A stretch of 64,000 bases of DNA from Phoronis australis (Eukaryota; Animalia; Phoronida), in the NCBI GenBank assembly GCA_002633005.1, contig NMRA01000340.1, positions 230,425-294,424 on the forward strand, read 5' to 3'. Shown here piece after piece: positions 16,333 through 31,100 of this stretch. Below the pieces are notes generated by a model. That model did not search any database. It had not been told where the DNA came from and was given only the letters and a program-made list of their open reading frames with translations. The position numbers and the translations under genes are program-made. The stretch's first letter is position 1; each line of letters starts with the position of its first letter.

Positions 16333-19150
16333 CTAAAATTATGAACCAAGGACCGTGTTTCATCAAAGATCAGAATGCTTGGCTTAGTCAAGATGGTCGT
16401 ACCTTTGACTTTCATTTGCACACAGCTCATTAAAAGGAATCGCGAAGATGGTAACAACTTTTTTGCTCTTCTACAAAAAATGCAGTGTCTTGTTTACAAT
16501 AACATCCCCATGACCGTCTTAGGTACAAGCAGATTTACAACCTTTGATCAATTTTAAACCAGGGTCGGATTTGTTTTAATGCGTTTCAATTTTGCTCGTC
16601 TGACAACAATTAACCATGTTTAAATCATTCTTATCCATAAGACCACAATCTGCAAGACCGAAATGAAAAATACATTAATTACTGACAAACTTTACGACTG
16701 CAATAAAGAAACCAGTCACAAAGGCAACCACACGCCACATCGTCCTGACTTAAATTATGTCACCAACTCACCACGTTAATACACCTACATAAACCTAGAG
16801 GCATCAGCAGTGCTTAGCTTTGTTTTCACAGCTTCATTAACGTCGTGTGAGCTTCACGCGGCATTCACTCATTCACTATAATTGCAGTTGATTTTTATGA
16901 TAAGTTACAATAAATTAAGAAGTTTTCATAAAAAGTGTTTATTTCAAATATAAATTCTATTACTGATACCCTTGTGCTGGTCACACATTGACCAGACAAT
17001 ATATGTTTTGAATACCTGAAATGGAGAAAACACTAACAGTGGAGCATTAATAGGCTCTGCTACACACAAACCATTGGAGCCACAAACAATGAAATGTCAC
17101 AATCAAATTATGCTGAGGTAACCCACACAATGGTCCATTCTCTCCCACTAAAAACAACTGTTGCTATTCACTTAGGACGAATGCTCAGTCAACAAAAATG
17201 AAAACAGAATTGATGCTTTCCCAGAACAATGCCACATGCAACAAGACTAGCACAAGTTTGTCGACATGTACAAAACACATGCATTCTGCAATTTTGATGT
17301 CAGGTTTCACCTCATATGGTAAATATCCTCCAGTTAGATTCAACGTAGGGTTCAACATTATCTTTATTTTCACGAGCGTACAAACCGTACGCTTTTCCCA
17401 ATTACCTCTCTCTCAAAAGCAGAAAAACAGTGACATTTTATCAGATCTATGATACGTTAAGCTGCAATTGTGCTTCAATGTTAAATATCAGTAGGTTTGT
17501 ATAGTGGCGTAGTTAAAAATAGAACAATATCTTCCAACAATTCTTTGTGTTTTTTATTTCAAACTAAACCATCTCAAACATGCTCTATGCACAGCTTGCA
17601 CTAATCAATCAACATGCGAAAGCTGTACAGCAATTTCCAGTTAAAAAGCACAAAGGTAGTGCGACAATGTGTCTAATGCACATGTAAAACAAAATGGCAT
17701 AAATTATGATTTTTATTAAAAGTTGACTTTTGTGACTTCACCTAGCCATTTTTGTGAGAAAAGACTAACGATTTGTATGCTCATGAAAATGTTGATGCTT
17801 GTGAAAGGTCCCTTATGAATGTTTCTATGAATTATTCAACAGTTGGATAAAGGTGAACTGAATTAAAAGCAGCATATTTCGTGCTAGAAACATATCACAA
17901 AATCACACCTGTTCCAATGAGCTTGAAGCCATTTTATAAACTAGGACACTTAATGAGCTCTACCAGCTGCATAGGCAATATTGAGACAACCATAAACAAG
18001 ATTGCAATGACGGTAAATTCAAATCGGATTCATTCTGGTGAAACATCATTCAATTTTAACAGTTAACAATCGGAAAGAATTTGAATATATTAATTCCTTG
18101 CATGAAGATAAATGAAAAATTAATTAAAAATCAATTTAAAATGAGTTTGTAGTTTTCAATTTAAAAGTGCTGAGAAGTAGAAGAGAGAAATAATTGTCAA
18201 TCTCATCAAGCTATAAACCAGTGATATACAATCTGCACTATAAAATACAAACAGCTATATTTTACATGGTGGGAACAAATGTAGCAACACTCGAGTCAAG
18301 ACTGCCCATACAACATACAGTCGGCATCAGAAAATAATAATTATTTTAATTATCTGGATACAAATGTTTGATAAAATCCCACAAAACAAGACCTCATCCA
18401 ATGCATTCACTCAACAAGAATTATGACATGAAAATTTTTAGACGTCAACAACTGAGGCCAAAGTGTTGCTAAGAAAACACTGTTAAGGTTATGATACTTT
18501 TCTAGGTTCCTTTTTCATAACCTTAACGCCAGGCTAAACAAAGCTCCACTGTGCTTTACATTACATTACTGTTCCAATAACTTTGCACAAAATTAATTTT
18601 CAAATGTTCGTTTTTCAATGTCTCGAAGGCTTGTTACTAATAATGGAAGATTCACAAAGTGTAGTTTAGTGAGTTACACAGTGCACGCTACGTTCATTGG
18701 TGTAAAATTTCTTTTAGGTTCATATTTGCCAATCAATTTGACAAAACTTGTTTCCAAATGTCAGCCATGTTGTGCGCTAAAAGGGTGAACTTTGCATCAT
18801 CTGCTCTTACATCAGCTGTAAAATTTAAGATGGCAACACTTACATCCAGTTGAGTGCTTTGTCGCAACCAACACCAGGCATCAGTGACTAAACATAACCT
18901 CCAGTTTAACGAATTACCAAAATTCATGCATCTTTTTGGAAAATGACTGCTAGGTAAGAAGCTTGAATTAATAGCAAAATGTTTTAAACATCACTTAATT
19001 CTCTCTCATGAAGTCGGCCACTTTGTATGGATAAGGATGAAATACAATAAGACATGTGACCACTGTGAAAGGCATTGGGTGCTGCATTCATGAAGACAGT
19101 ACTGCAGAATGTAGGTCAGTGCGCCATCTGTGGACCAGTAGAGAGCATCG

Positions 19151-22100
19151 CTATGCCAGCATACTCAACCAGGAGTTGGCGTATTGCATTGGCTTCACAT
19201 TTGGGTGAGGCTGCGAACACAAAGTAATACAATATCAGTAGGACTACAAGCTGTGATACATTAATGTAACCCAGTAACCTGCATATTGCCAGATACATTA
19301 ATGTAACCCAGTAACCTGCATATTGCCAGATACATTAATGTAACCCAGTAACCTGTATATTGCCAGATACATTAACACAGGTGAGAAACATGACCGCTGG
19401 TCCTCTAAATAGGACCGACTCACCCAAAACAAGACTGACGCACCTAAAAACATGACCGCCCCACCACAAAACAGGACCGCCGAGGACTGAACATGTATTT
19501 ATCAAAGGCCTTTGTATGATACTGCTGGTTATGACGTAACCGGTCAGCTAGCTGTGTAAAGACTTTCGCCAAATTAAAGCTTGGCAGCACTGCGTTATTG
19601 AACTTCGGCCGGTACATCCCCGAAATTTCCCACAGCCCGGGTAGTTCTGGTTATCACCTCGTCGTGAAACATACATCAACATGTAGAGCTCGCGACCGGC
19701 GCAGGCGCATGCAAAATCTAGGAGTCAATCAACACTCACCTTGCAGGTTGCAGCTGCTTGAGTGAAAAACAATCTAATGAACTATTGTAACAAAAATTCG
19801 TCGCGCTCGTGACATATGCACGCGCCATTTCCTAAAATTTTGCGGCATCTTTCGGAAGATGATGCCAACTTCGCAGCAGCAAGATTTGTTCTGAAATTCG
19901 GTTTGCTGGTATTAAAATACTAAAAACGAAATGAAACCACGCAGTTCCAATAATTTGTTGTGCCATGTACGCAACCTCGTAGAAGAGAATAGCTGACTGA
20001 AGAATCGGAGAAAAAAGGAACCGGACAATGTAAGCCGACCTAAAAGAACGCATCTCAATTTTAGCAGCAGAATAACGACAGAACGACAATTTTTCTTGAG
20101 CGCCGATAAATAATTTAGTTTACTCAAGGAAGAATGTCGTTAATAACACTAATTCGCCAGGTGAAGATTTTACATGTTCATATTTTAATCAATTAATCGG
20201 CGCAAGGTTGTACATTACAAAAAGAAGTATTCTGTGGCGCACAAAACTGAGATTTCGGTGGATTAATTGGCACAAGACCTGCATATGCATATACAGCCCC
20301 ATTGTATGATCTGTGTTGGCCTACCAGTAATAAATCTTAGCTTGTTTGTCATTGCGGTTTCAATCCCCAGCGTTCATGTTCAGACCCCGGCGGTCCTGTT
20401 TTGTGGTGGGGCGGTCATGTTTTTAGGTGCATCAGTCTCATTTTCTGATGTGGCGGTCCCATTTGATCCCCATCGGTCCTGTTTAGAGGACCAGCGGTCA
20501 TGCTGTTTCACACCCATGATTAAAATACTGAGCTTATCTTGGTGGTTTGTGTAACTTTAATTTGTAAATTTTCTTTGTTTCTATAATTATGCCTTGAGTT
20601 TACTGACCCATCAGCAACTGATGTTGTACCAGAACAGAAACCACAGCTGCAGTAGTTTCCACACAAAACAAAAAATCAAAAACATTAAGACACGTTCTAC
20701 AAAATGCACATTACTCTGACACAATTTTATGTACTGGAAATCGGCGTTCAAATCTGTTCAAGGTCCGCACAGACCCGGTGAATTTTTTACCTCTAAGTAA
20801 AATGTGAGGACAGGTATCAGCAGAAAATGAAGATATGCACGACATCCGACTATTTTAGAGTTGATAAGCAATATCAATAGATTTTATCTTACAATGCACG
20901 TGTACTGCAGACTTAGCAACAGTCATGATAAAGTCACACCATTGCGAAAACGCACACAGGGAAATGCGTTCTTAGTATTTCACAAAAAACGTTGAGATGG
21001 ATACTTATTGCATCTTGCAAGCATATACTATAGTATAATGCCAACAAAAATTGAACAAAACAGAAACATACCACAGCAGAGTAGGTTGTGAACTTTGGTG
21101 TGAGGTCATCACCCTTTAGGGTAATGAATGCTCCCTTGTTACCCATGGTATCACTGTGAAATCACAAATAGTTCCAATGCAGTGAAGATCATTACACAGG
21201 TGAAACAAATAACAAACAATTAATTAAAATCCATCCTGTTACTGGTATCCGTGTATGAATGAAAGAATCCGGGTGAAATGTGTGGACTTTTCAACAAAAG
21301 TCTTTTTAAAAAAAGAACTACTGCAGTAAAATCTACAGGGCATAATACATACAGCAGAGCTTTGACTATTCTCAACTTCATAGTTACTTTAGGGAACAGT
21401 TCAATGTAAATGTGGGCTTATTTTCACACAGAATCTTACACTCCTACCCGACCTTCAAGGGAAAGGCAATCATTATTAGAGTGTCATGGTTGGTTAAATT
21501 ACGATTTTCTGGTAATCGCCCAGGTTCTAATTAATTATCCATGCGTCACACCAAAAGCAGCAGTCTTGGTGGGAATCCTGCCCAGTTAGCTTTGTTTGTG
21601 TTAACAACAGCCGTTACTTTTCAAAAATTACCATGAAAATTGCCTTCGATGAGTGTTCTCAGACAATCCTAAGTTGACCTAGAATTCAACTGAGTGGAAC
21701 TTAATCATTGTTTGCTCTGCAGTGGGCAGACAATGACAGAAGTAGGCGACCACACAAGCATGAATCATGTGTATGAAGTTACTCTAGTTGGTAACCTTAG
21801 GCTCTGCCATGCCAGTTCACCTGCACAGGTGACACCAATTTTATGGTCTTGCGGCCCTTCAAAAAAGCACTCCCAGCAGGTGGTGATGGAGTCCAAAGTG
21901 CAAGTAAACAAAGGTGGCAGGAGTGATTCAGGTTGGGAATACCACTTCTGGAGTGACGCATGAATAAGAAAACAAGGGAAATTAATGAATTTAAAAATTT
22001 ATCAAGGATAAGAAAATTTGACCACTAAAGCAGTTGCCTTCACGTTTAACATGGAACAAATTGGAACAAATGGGTGACATTTTTGCCATATCTGCTGACA

Positions 22101-25100
22101 GTTCAGTATCAGTTTATTTTCCATTTTCGTGATCCAGGCAATGATGGTTGATCATGTTCCCTGTCAATTGCCCATTTAAACACACACTGCCTGCTATTAA
22201 GGTGGAAGTCGTGTGCAAGAGCGTGACCCCATCCATAAGGTATTTTCGGATTGCCCTGTATGTGCAAATTACTTTCTATAATTAAAGTCAGAGACTTCCA
22301 CCAAAACCATTAATAAACCCGCCTTCTGTAACAAAACAATTTTTGAGCCAGACAACGGCATGCTGTTGTGAAATGGTTCTCGGGTCGTTGCTAAGTGACA
22401 ATAACTAAACATTTCTGGCCTTGGAAAGAACTGACTGTTTGTTATTGCTTGTGACCAGGCTCTACCAGTTGACTTATCACTGCTTGTCATTTTATACATC
22501 GAGCAGGTCTGAAAGATTAATGAACTTTCAGTTCTTAGAAAGGCCAAAAAAACATCTTGTCTGAATAAAGAATAAGTTGAGACCAATCTCTGTGGTGAGT
22601 GGTCTAAATCAAGGCTTGACCTCTTCACCACACAGGTTCATTAGACTTTTTGAGGACTGTCTGAAGTGAAACTGACCTAACCAAGAGATTGCCTGGGGCA
22701 AAACCGTAAACAATGACTTATATATTAACCAAATGACAATACAGGAGAGCAATGAATTGTTTGTAAAACCAACTAAAAGTATTCAGACATAATGACCTGG
22801 AATAACCCCGTCACAGCATCTGGGCGACAGCCCACTTAAAGCTAGTTCATGTCACCCAGTTATAAGCAGGTAAGTTACAATCGAGGACAAACAGTAGTGC
22901 ATGACCTGCAGAAGTAGCGATACACACATCAGGTTCATTAGAAATTATATACATTTCCGATGAATATGGAATTTATTGTTATGATGGAAAAATATTTTTT
23001 GAATGATAACTTTTGCCGTGTACTGCACATCACCTACCAGTAATTAGGTGCAGAGAAGACGGTGATACACTTGCCATCGTGCGCCACCTCATAACCCTCG
23101 TTCTTCACCTCGTGGCTTCGTATGACATAGTCCAGCTGGTTCGCCTGCAGGAATGCCTTGGTCACGTCTGGGCCAAAGTGTATTCCTACGCCACGTTTAC
23201 TCGGTGACCGACCACTCTGTGGCTGTGGGTCAGACCACAGAAGCTCACACATGAGCCCTGGCAAATGGACAGAAAGAAACAGATTTTTAACTGGACTGAG
23301 GACATGTTGTACTGTAACATTTGCACTAAAAAGGTATTCTCCCAAGGTTTAACAAATTGAGAACAGTTACGCCTGAAAGATGAACTTTTAGGCCAACGCA
23401 ACAGCTGATAAGCAGAGTGTTCCACAAAAAGAGACCCTTTTAAGCTAGAACTTGTCAGTTGACATCATTCCAAGACAGCCCACTCCAGCAGAGAGTGTGA
23501 GTGGGGTGTCCTGTTGTATCTGTATTTCACTCCTGGATGATTGTTAAACATGTTAAGAAGTGTGTTCGTCTGGTATTAATATTCAATGTTGTTTGGCCTG
23601 GCTATTTTTAGACTGTTTGTCTGAGAATGAGGTCATCAGCCAGTCCTGTACTTGTACACAGATGACCATAGAGCGAGTGATACATAATTATAAAGTTTTG
23701 TGAATGTGGAAACTTATGAAGCTGCATTACAACAGATCATCTTTTGACGCTAAACAGTACATTTAAAGGTGGCCAGTGATGGTAAAATAATTCAGAGTTA
23801 AAAATGATCAGTCACAAAAAAGGACAAATTAAGAAGATTCCACAACACGGCATTGAAATACATTACATTCTGAAAGAAAGCTAAAGGCACAGCTGTGCAC
23901 TAATCAAAATTTCACCATTGCACACAATTCTGCTGTCTTTAATAATAGTTCAACATACTTAAACAGGAATGTTGATAAATAAAGACACGGCTCAGAGCCA
24001 CTGCACATGAAGTCAGCTACCATATGCTTACCAGACTCTGGCGGCTGCTTGTTACGTTGTATTTTTCGTAAATCATCTAGTGTGACATTGTCTTCACTGA
24101 ATAAGCCACCATGCATTACCTAAAATGTACAATACCACTATCAAGTATATAGTTTCCATATTCCAGCCAACAAACAAATGCAGTATTGAACATGAAATGA
24201 CAATTCTACAAAAAGCACTTCCATGATCACACACAGTGGCTTGCTGAGACATATTACACAGAAAAATGCTATGTGGAAAAGGACCGCACATTTGTGACAG
24301 GAGTAAAAACTGCTCTGGTGATTTCTTTGTCCTGTGTGCACAAATGACAATGAAGAATTCCGGATATTGAATATCCACGCACAAGGCACGATTACAATCC
24401 ACCAAGCCTATGGCTCAAAGTGAGATAGCTTAATAAAATGCCTGATCTTAATTAAAGGGACATTACTGGTTTTATGCCGAAGACACATTTTAGGAATAAT
24501 TATTGGATGGAATAGACTTCTTAAACCAAGTTATTAGCTATCATCAGAGCTATGAAACTATAAAATCTTCGCGGTTTAGAGATTTCATTACAAGTCGCCA
24601 ATTCTTGCCATTTTCTGCCAGACATTCACTGAAATCGAGGCTGGTGATTTAACATGTTAAATACACTTAAAATACTCTGCCACTTAAAGAGTGAGATTTA
24701 GCTTCTACTGGAGTTGCAAGTTTGAATTCGCACCGAGGCTGATGTTAGAAAATCACTTTTCTAACCCTGATGTCCCTTTAACAATTAAAAAATGTCGCAA
24801 ATATTATATAGAGTGTCACCGTATGACAAAACAAGAGAAGTTTACACTCACCAGAATCTTTTTATTTATGCAGTGGCAGAGAGGCAGCCAATTATAGACC
24901 TCCGTGAACAGGTCGGCCATCTTGCTGGTGTACTTGGCCTTGACCTCACCGTCAAAGCCATACATCTGGTTCATGTTAATACTTTCATGATTCCCTGAAT
25001 GAGGAGTGAATGCAGACTATTACCATACTCACCTAGCTTAATGTTCAGGGTGCATAAACAAGGGAAATCCAAAATCAGGAGGTGAGCATTAAGCCGAGCG

Positions 25101-28100
25101 GGTGCTTAAAATTTTTTTTTGAGAAGTCTGGGATGGGTGTCTACCCGAATAGTCAATTTGGTAGCACAAACGCCTTCACCATTTGTGATCAAATGTTTGA
25201 TAATAAAAAGAGTGCAAAATGAGCCAAAAAATGGCTATACGTTTCCTCGAGTAAAGAGTAATAGATATTTTCCCACTCAACTAGGGCAAGGCGCTGGTGA
25301 AACTGACTGCTCATTGTACAAAAGTGAGCAGTGTACAGTTTAGAGGCTCAAACTCACAGGAGACGGAGGGACGAAAAGACATAGGCACTTTAAAGTTAGA
25401 ATTGAGAGTGGACGTTATACCAATCGTGGGCTCTTGAACGTAAAAATTTGTAATTTCAGGGGTGGACATTAATGTGGACAAGTATTTGTAGATAACACAA
25501 TAATCAGGTAAACTGATATACACAATCAAAATAATCTCACTTATTTTAAATATTTCAACAATCAGGAGTTGTTAAAGACACAATAGATGTGCACCGTCTG
25601 TCAAAATGCAAATTTAATTTTAGCCAATACAATCCACCTCATCTTGCAATTTAATCAGATGACAAGTGATTTGTAGGTTCGAGACAACAGTTTGCTATAT
25701 GTTTAGACCAGGCTAATCAGTTGCTCAAAGATACATTTCAGTCTGTTTGAGAGTAAAAAAACACAAAAAATCAAATGGGGCCATTAACGGCCATAAAATT
25801 GGTCTCGTAATATTCCTTACCGTGACTGGATTCTATTTCCGTTACAAACAAGATCATAGAAACCATCAGCGACTCAAGAAAATGCTTTGGAGTTTATAGG
25901 GGTTGGCTGACCCTATAATTGTGATTACGAAAATAGTACATTTTTTAAACATTGCCAGTGACATCAGATGGCAACAGAAGTAGAAATGTACCACAGTAAG
26001 GATTATTACGAGACCGATTTTACAAGAGTTGATGGTCCACTTCAATTTTGTTTGAGCCAAATAAACAGTGTGAAATTTAGCTTTTTAAAGAGTGAAAATG
26101 TGTAGCTATCAGCTAATCAGGGCGTAACACAGCTTTAAGTTAGTTTCAGCCACCAAAGCAGAGTATGATATGTGGCAACTTGGAAAAAAACATTATTTTC
26201 CGCTGAATGAAACCAAAAACATGAACGAAGTTAATAAAATCTATATAGAACGATTTCACTGCATCGTGAATTCATATCGAATCCCGCGTAGTCAAATTTA
26301 AAATGTCAACAAATAGAACTTTCCCTAAAACATACATAACTGTTTCTTTTGATTTCATAGCGAATTAGCGCTCATTGGTACTTACCCCTAGACATGTAAA
26401 AGTGATTGGGGTACAATAGCTTAAAGCCAAACAGTGTGAGTATACACTCCACAGAGAACGAGCCCCTGTCCACAAAGTCACCATTAAATAACTGGCAAGA
26501 GTTAAAGAAAGATAATTGACATGATGGCCAACAGAGCAATGTCAAAACAAATACAATTCATGCTTTAGAGCATGGTAAGCAATGCATTCTCAGGACAACA
26601 TGCAAAGGCACAGCTGTGTGGCGTTGAAAAAGCTAAAGTTTACAAGTGTCTTTAGGTATGGTAATTCTTCCTTCTATTTAGCACACATTATGGCCGACAA
26701 GTGAAACTCTATTCTGCTAAATTTCTCCACATAAGCTAAAAGTAAGAAAATGTTAGCCCACTATAAGCTTGGTTTGTATTGTGTAGATGTCATAAAATAA
26801 CGCATTGTACAGTTTCCATCACTAGTAGCAGGGTAATCAACCTTTAGAAAATTGGAAAAGTGATAATTTTGGCAATTATTTTGTGCACAATAAATGGAGA
26901 ATTACTGTATATGGAGTGACTGGTAATTACTAGTGAACACTTCTGTCAGTCGCACTAGTAGTGATTAGCCAGACACACCTGTCAGTCAGACTAACGGTAA
27001 CTAGCTGGACATACCTGTCGGTCAGACTAGTAATAACTAGCTGGACACACCTGTCAGTCAGACTAGTAATAACTAGCTGGACACACCTGTCAGTCAGACT
27101 AGTAATAACTAGCTGGACACACCTGTCAGTCAGACTAGTAATAACTAGCTGGACACACTTGTCAGTCAGACTAGTAATATCTAGCTGGACACATCTGTCA
27201 GACTACCAGCCTGACATACCTGTCAGTCACACTGTCTAGTATTAACTAGCCAGACACACCTGTCAGTCAAACTAGTAATAACTAGCTGGAGACACTTGAC
27301 AGTCAGCAAAGGATACATAAGGATTGTCTTCTGATGGAAGACCATTCAGTTCAAATATATTGAGGAGATCATAAAACTGGCCGTGAATATCACCGCATAC
27401 TGTAAACTTCTTGCCCTGAAATGAGACAACCATTATACTGCTTTTATCAGATAGACGTGACAGCCAGATTGACCCGACAGAAAATTAAGTGTATTCCCCT
27501 TCCAATATGTACTTGAAGATTTTAGTTACAATCTGACAACTTTTTTTAATTGAAAATTGAAATATTTTTGCAACACAAATGAGTGCATACTGACAATAAG
27601 AAGTGGGAATATTATACCAAACTGAGTTACACAGCAAATAGCAGTGAAACGAGGGCGAGGGGAGACAAAAAATATTTAAAGGACTGGTTTTTTTAGTTTA
27701 ACCACAAGAAAGTATTTGCCTAATGTGTAAACCAAGCTTCCTAACTAAAATTATTTCCAGCATCTTATCCATTCACTGTCAAATGTGCCAGTCAGTGTGT
27801 TTGGTTCTGGCCCCTTATTGATTTCTTCATCAAATCGTTAAGCAAAACTCAAATTTTAGAGTTTGTTCCTGTTTTTTGAATAAATTACAGTAGGTCTAGT
27901 ATCTGAGTGTCATACTGCAATTGATGCAATGACCCTTTAGACTGAAAATCACAAATGATTTTACAAAAAGCAGCATTTCTCCTGTTTAGCAGTCAAAATA
28001 AATAAATTAAACCAGGCAATTTGCCAAAATAAAATCAGTTTCTCATGCTATTTACCGAGATAGGATTCTACGTTCGTAACTAACAAAAACATCAAAATGA

Positions 28101-31100
28101 ATTGGTAACGGAAATGGAATCTTATCACCGTAAGAAATATCACAATACCGATTTTATAAAAATAAAATGCCCAATTTAATTTTCATGTTTAGCCAGCTGA
28201 AGAAGACTCGAGATCCGAGTAAGAAATATCAAATTGGGGTTGTAATTCAACCAACAACAATTTCTGGATCTTTGTTGACCATTAACATGTAAGGTAAATG
28301 CACCCCATTTTTTGAAATTTGTCAAAATTTATTTGGCACATGAATATGCAGCTCTATAAACGATGAAATAGTTAACATTCCAGCGTGACAATAACAAGTT
28401 CCAAGTCTATGTTGTTACAAAACGCTATGGCATGAAAATGTTTTTGAACGAAAACTACCTCAGGCACAGAGATATCTACAAGGGAAGGTTGAGCGGAGAA
28501 GATCTTTTCAACTTCGACTAGGATTTGGAATGCCAATTTTCGATGAAGTTTCTTTTGGTCTCGGTAATGTTGTAGCAAGTCCTTCATGAACTCGGGCGTA
28601 ATTTTGTTGTCTTCAAACTTTGGTCCGTTATAGTCATCTTCAATGCCTGAAAGTATGAGACGTAGCAATGACAGAAATTAACAGTTCAATGTTATACATG
28701 AATGGTTCACCATTATCAATGCAGTTATCTTAGAAGACAAATGCTTAGGTTCACATTTTGGAGTGAAACCCTTTGTTTTGCTTCTCGAATACAGTGAGTC
28801 AGCGGCATTGACCAAATGGAACACATTCAGGTCTTCCACATGAAAATTCACACCCACTAACTTCTATTTTGAATTGATTGATTTTGACTTGACGTAATTA
28901 TTACTGTTGGGGCTTTGAAACCCAGAGAAACACACTTGTCTAGCCTTGTGTTGGAACAAATATCAAAACATTATTAACTGAGGACAACTTGAATTATCCA
29001 CATATGAATATAGTTGCATTATTCTACCACACAGAATAAGGTATATTGCACACAGTTGGATTGTTTTACAACGAATTACAAGGTATGTTCTACAGAGTGG
29101 CATTATTCGACACCACTTTAAGGTATGCTGGACACAATATTGCATTGCTCTACAACACAGTGCAAGACATATTGCATAGATATGCAAGGTACATGGTAAA
29201 CAGTTGCATTGCTTTACAGTTTAGTACAAGGCAAGTTGCACATAGATGCAATCCCTTACAAAGTATGTAGTCTGTAGCTGCATCACTGAACAACACTGTG
29301 CAAAGGACGTTGCACACAGTTGCAAGGATTTACAAGGTAAGGTATGTTGGATTTAGTTGCATCATTGAACTACACTGTGCAAAGGACGTTGCACACAGTT
29401 GCAAGGATTTACAAGGTAAGGTATGTTGGATTTAGTTGCATCATTGAACTACACTGTGCAAAGGACGTTGCACACAGTTGCAAGGGTTTACAATGTAAGA
29501 TATGTTGAATTTAGTTGCATTGCAATACAATGAAAGTTCCCCTCACTCATGTTCTCCAGGTTAATCTCCTCAGCAATCGACTTTTGGTGGTGGTCAACGG
29601 CGATTGCTTTGTTGAAAGCCCTCATTTTGACTATTTTACTGCACTCTTGGAACTTCAGCTTAGCATCACTATCTCTGGGCCGAACTTTGACTACCTAGTG
29701 AAAAAATAGTTTCCAACAAACATACTAAAAGAATAATTCAAATTTTTAACCATTAGTCAAATACATCATTCATTTAAAGAATAATGTAAATAATTAACCA
29801 TGCAAACTCGTGCGCATTGTGTAATGAAAATTTGTCCTTCTGGAACTTCAAATATCTCCGATGATGTAATGCCAATTGGTGCGTTCTGCCATAACCACCC
29901 TTAAATATATCGATTTACGTTCCAGTTTTACACTATTTCAAGTAATGTAGGTTAAATGCTACACTTGCATTACAACCATGATCTGAATAATTTGCAGAGA
30001 CCTAAAATTCACCATGCCAACTTAGATGTACATAAGAAATTTAAAGATGCCCAGATGCACATTCTTGAAATAGTTACGGTCTCATATAACACATAAGCGA
30101 ATTGCGAAACTATTTTTATTTTGGAATATTCAAACACACTTCGCAACATCTGGCAGTGCCAATATGGCATCATCATACCATTTACACAGAACACCAGCAA
30201 AATGAAGCTTCCACACAAACTATCAGGATCATTACACAACACTTCTTCTTTCAATAACTAAATACGACTGGTCGCCAATTCACTTTACAATGAATCTTGT
30301 TACTCGTGTAGTGACCTTGATTCTCCAAAAACAGAGGAATACAATTTAGCAAACATAACATTTGAACTTTTCTCCGTTTTATTAATGATCAAATTCTGTT
30401 GACCTACTTCAAAGTAATAAATAACCTAAACATGACCAGGGAATTGCCTAACTTTTGCCCGTGAATGATGCCCCAGCTCCATTTTACGGATAACTTGCTG
30501 GAAGTTTATTGTTTCTCAAAACCAGAAAAAACAGCACACCTTCATAATGATTGAACAACTACTACAACATATCTGCTGCAAACAATAATCGATCCATTTT
30601 GGTGCCTTAACCATGGAATTGGACGGATAAATTTTTCGCAATTAAAAAAACAAAATATCAAATTTAGGGTAAGAAGGCACTGAATTATAAGAATTGTGTT
30701 CAAAACCTCCAATTATGCGAAAGAAGTCAGAGTCCATCAATACCGTACGTTTTGTTTTATTATGGAAAATCAGGGTCTCTACTCATGTTGAAAATCAATT
30801 CAAAAGAAAAAGTACCACTGAGCAACAATACACCACCACCTTTCCAACTTACTGTTTCAAAGTCTTTCAGTGCGAGCTTGAATTTGCCCAGGGCCATGTT
30901 GGCTGAAGCTCTCCTATAATAGGCCTTGACATAGTTGCGGTCAATTTCCAGCGCTTTTGAAGCATCTTCCAGTGCAGAACCATAGCATTCAGTTTTTATG
31001 TAGGCAAAACTTCTGTTGCCATAGTAAGCTGCTACAAAAGGGTATGTGTCGATTGCCTCACTGTACAAAGCGATGGCTTGAGTGTAGTCTTGCTCTGTCA

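Noticed and set aside
26915-27307. 36-bp repeats resembling a CRISPR array, and ORF 26961-27239 ([12 protein letters not shown])n
   Set aside because: Units are head-to-tail with no unique spacers, there are no cas genes and the context is a eukaryotic intron. The ORF is a by-product of a unit length divisible by 3.
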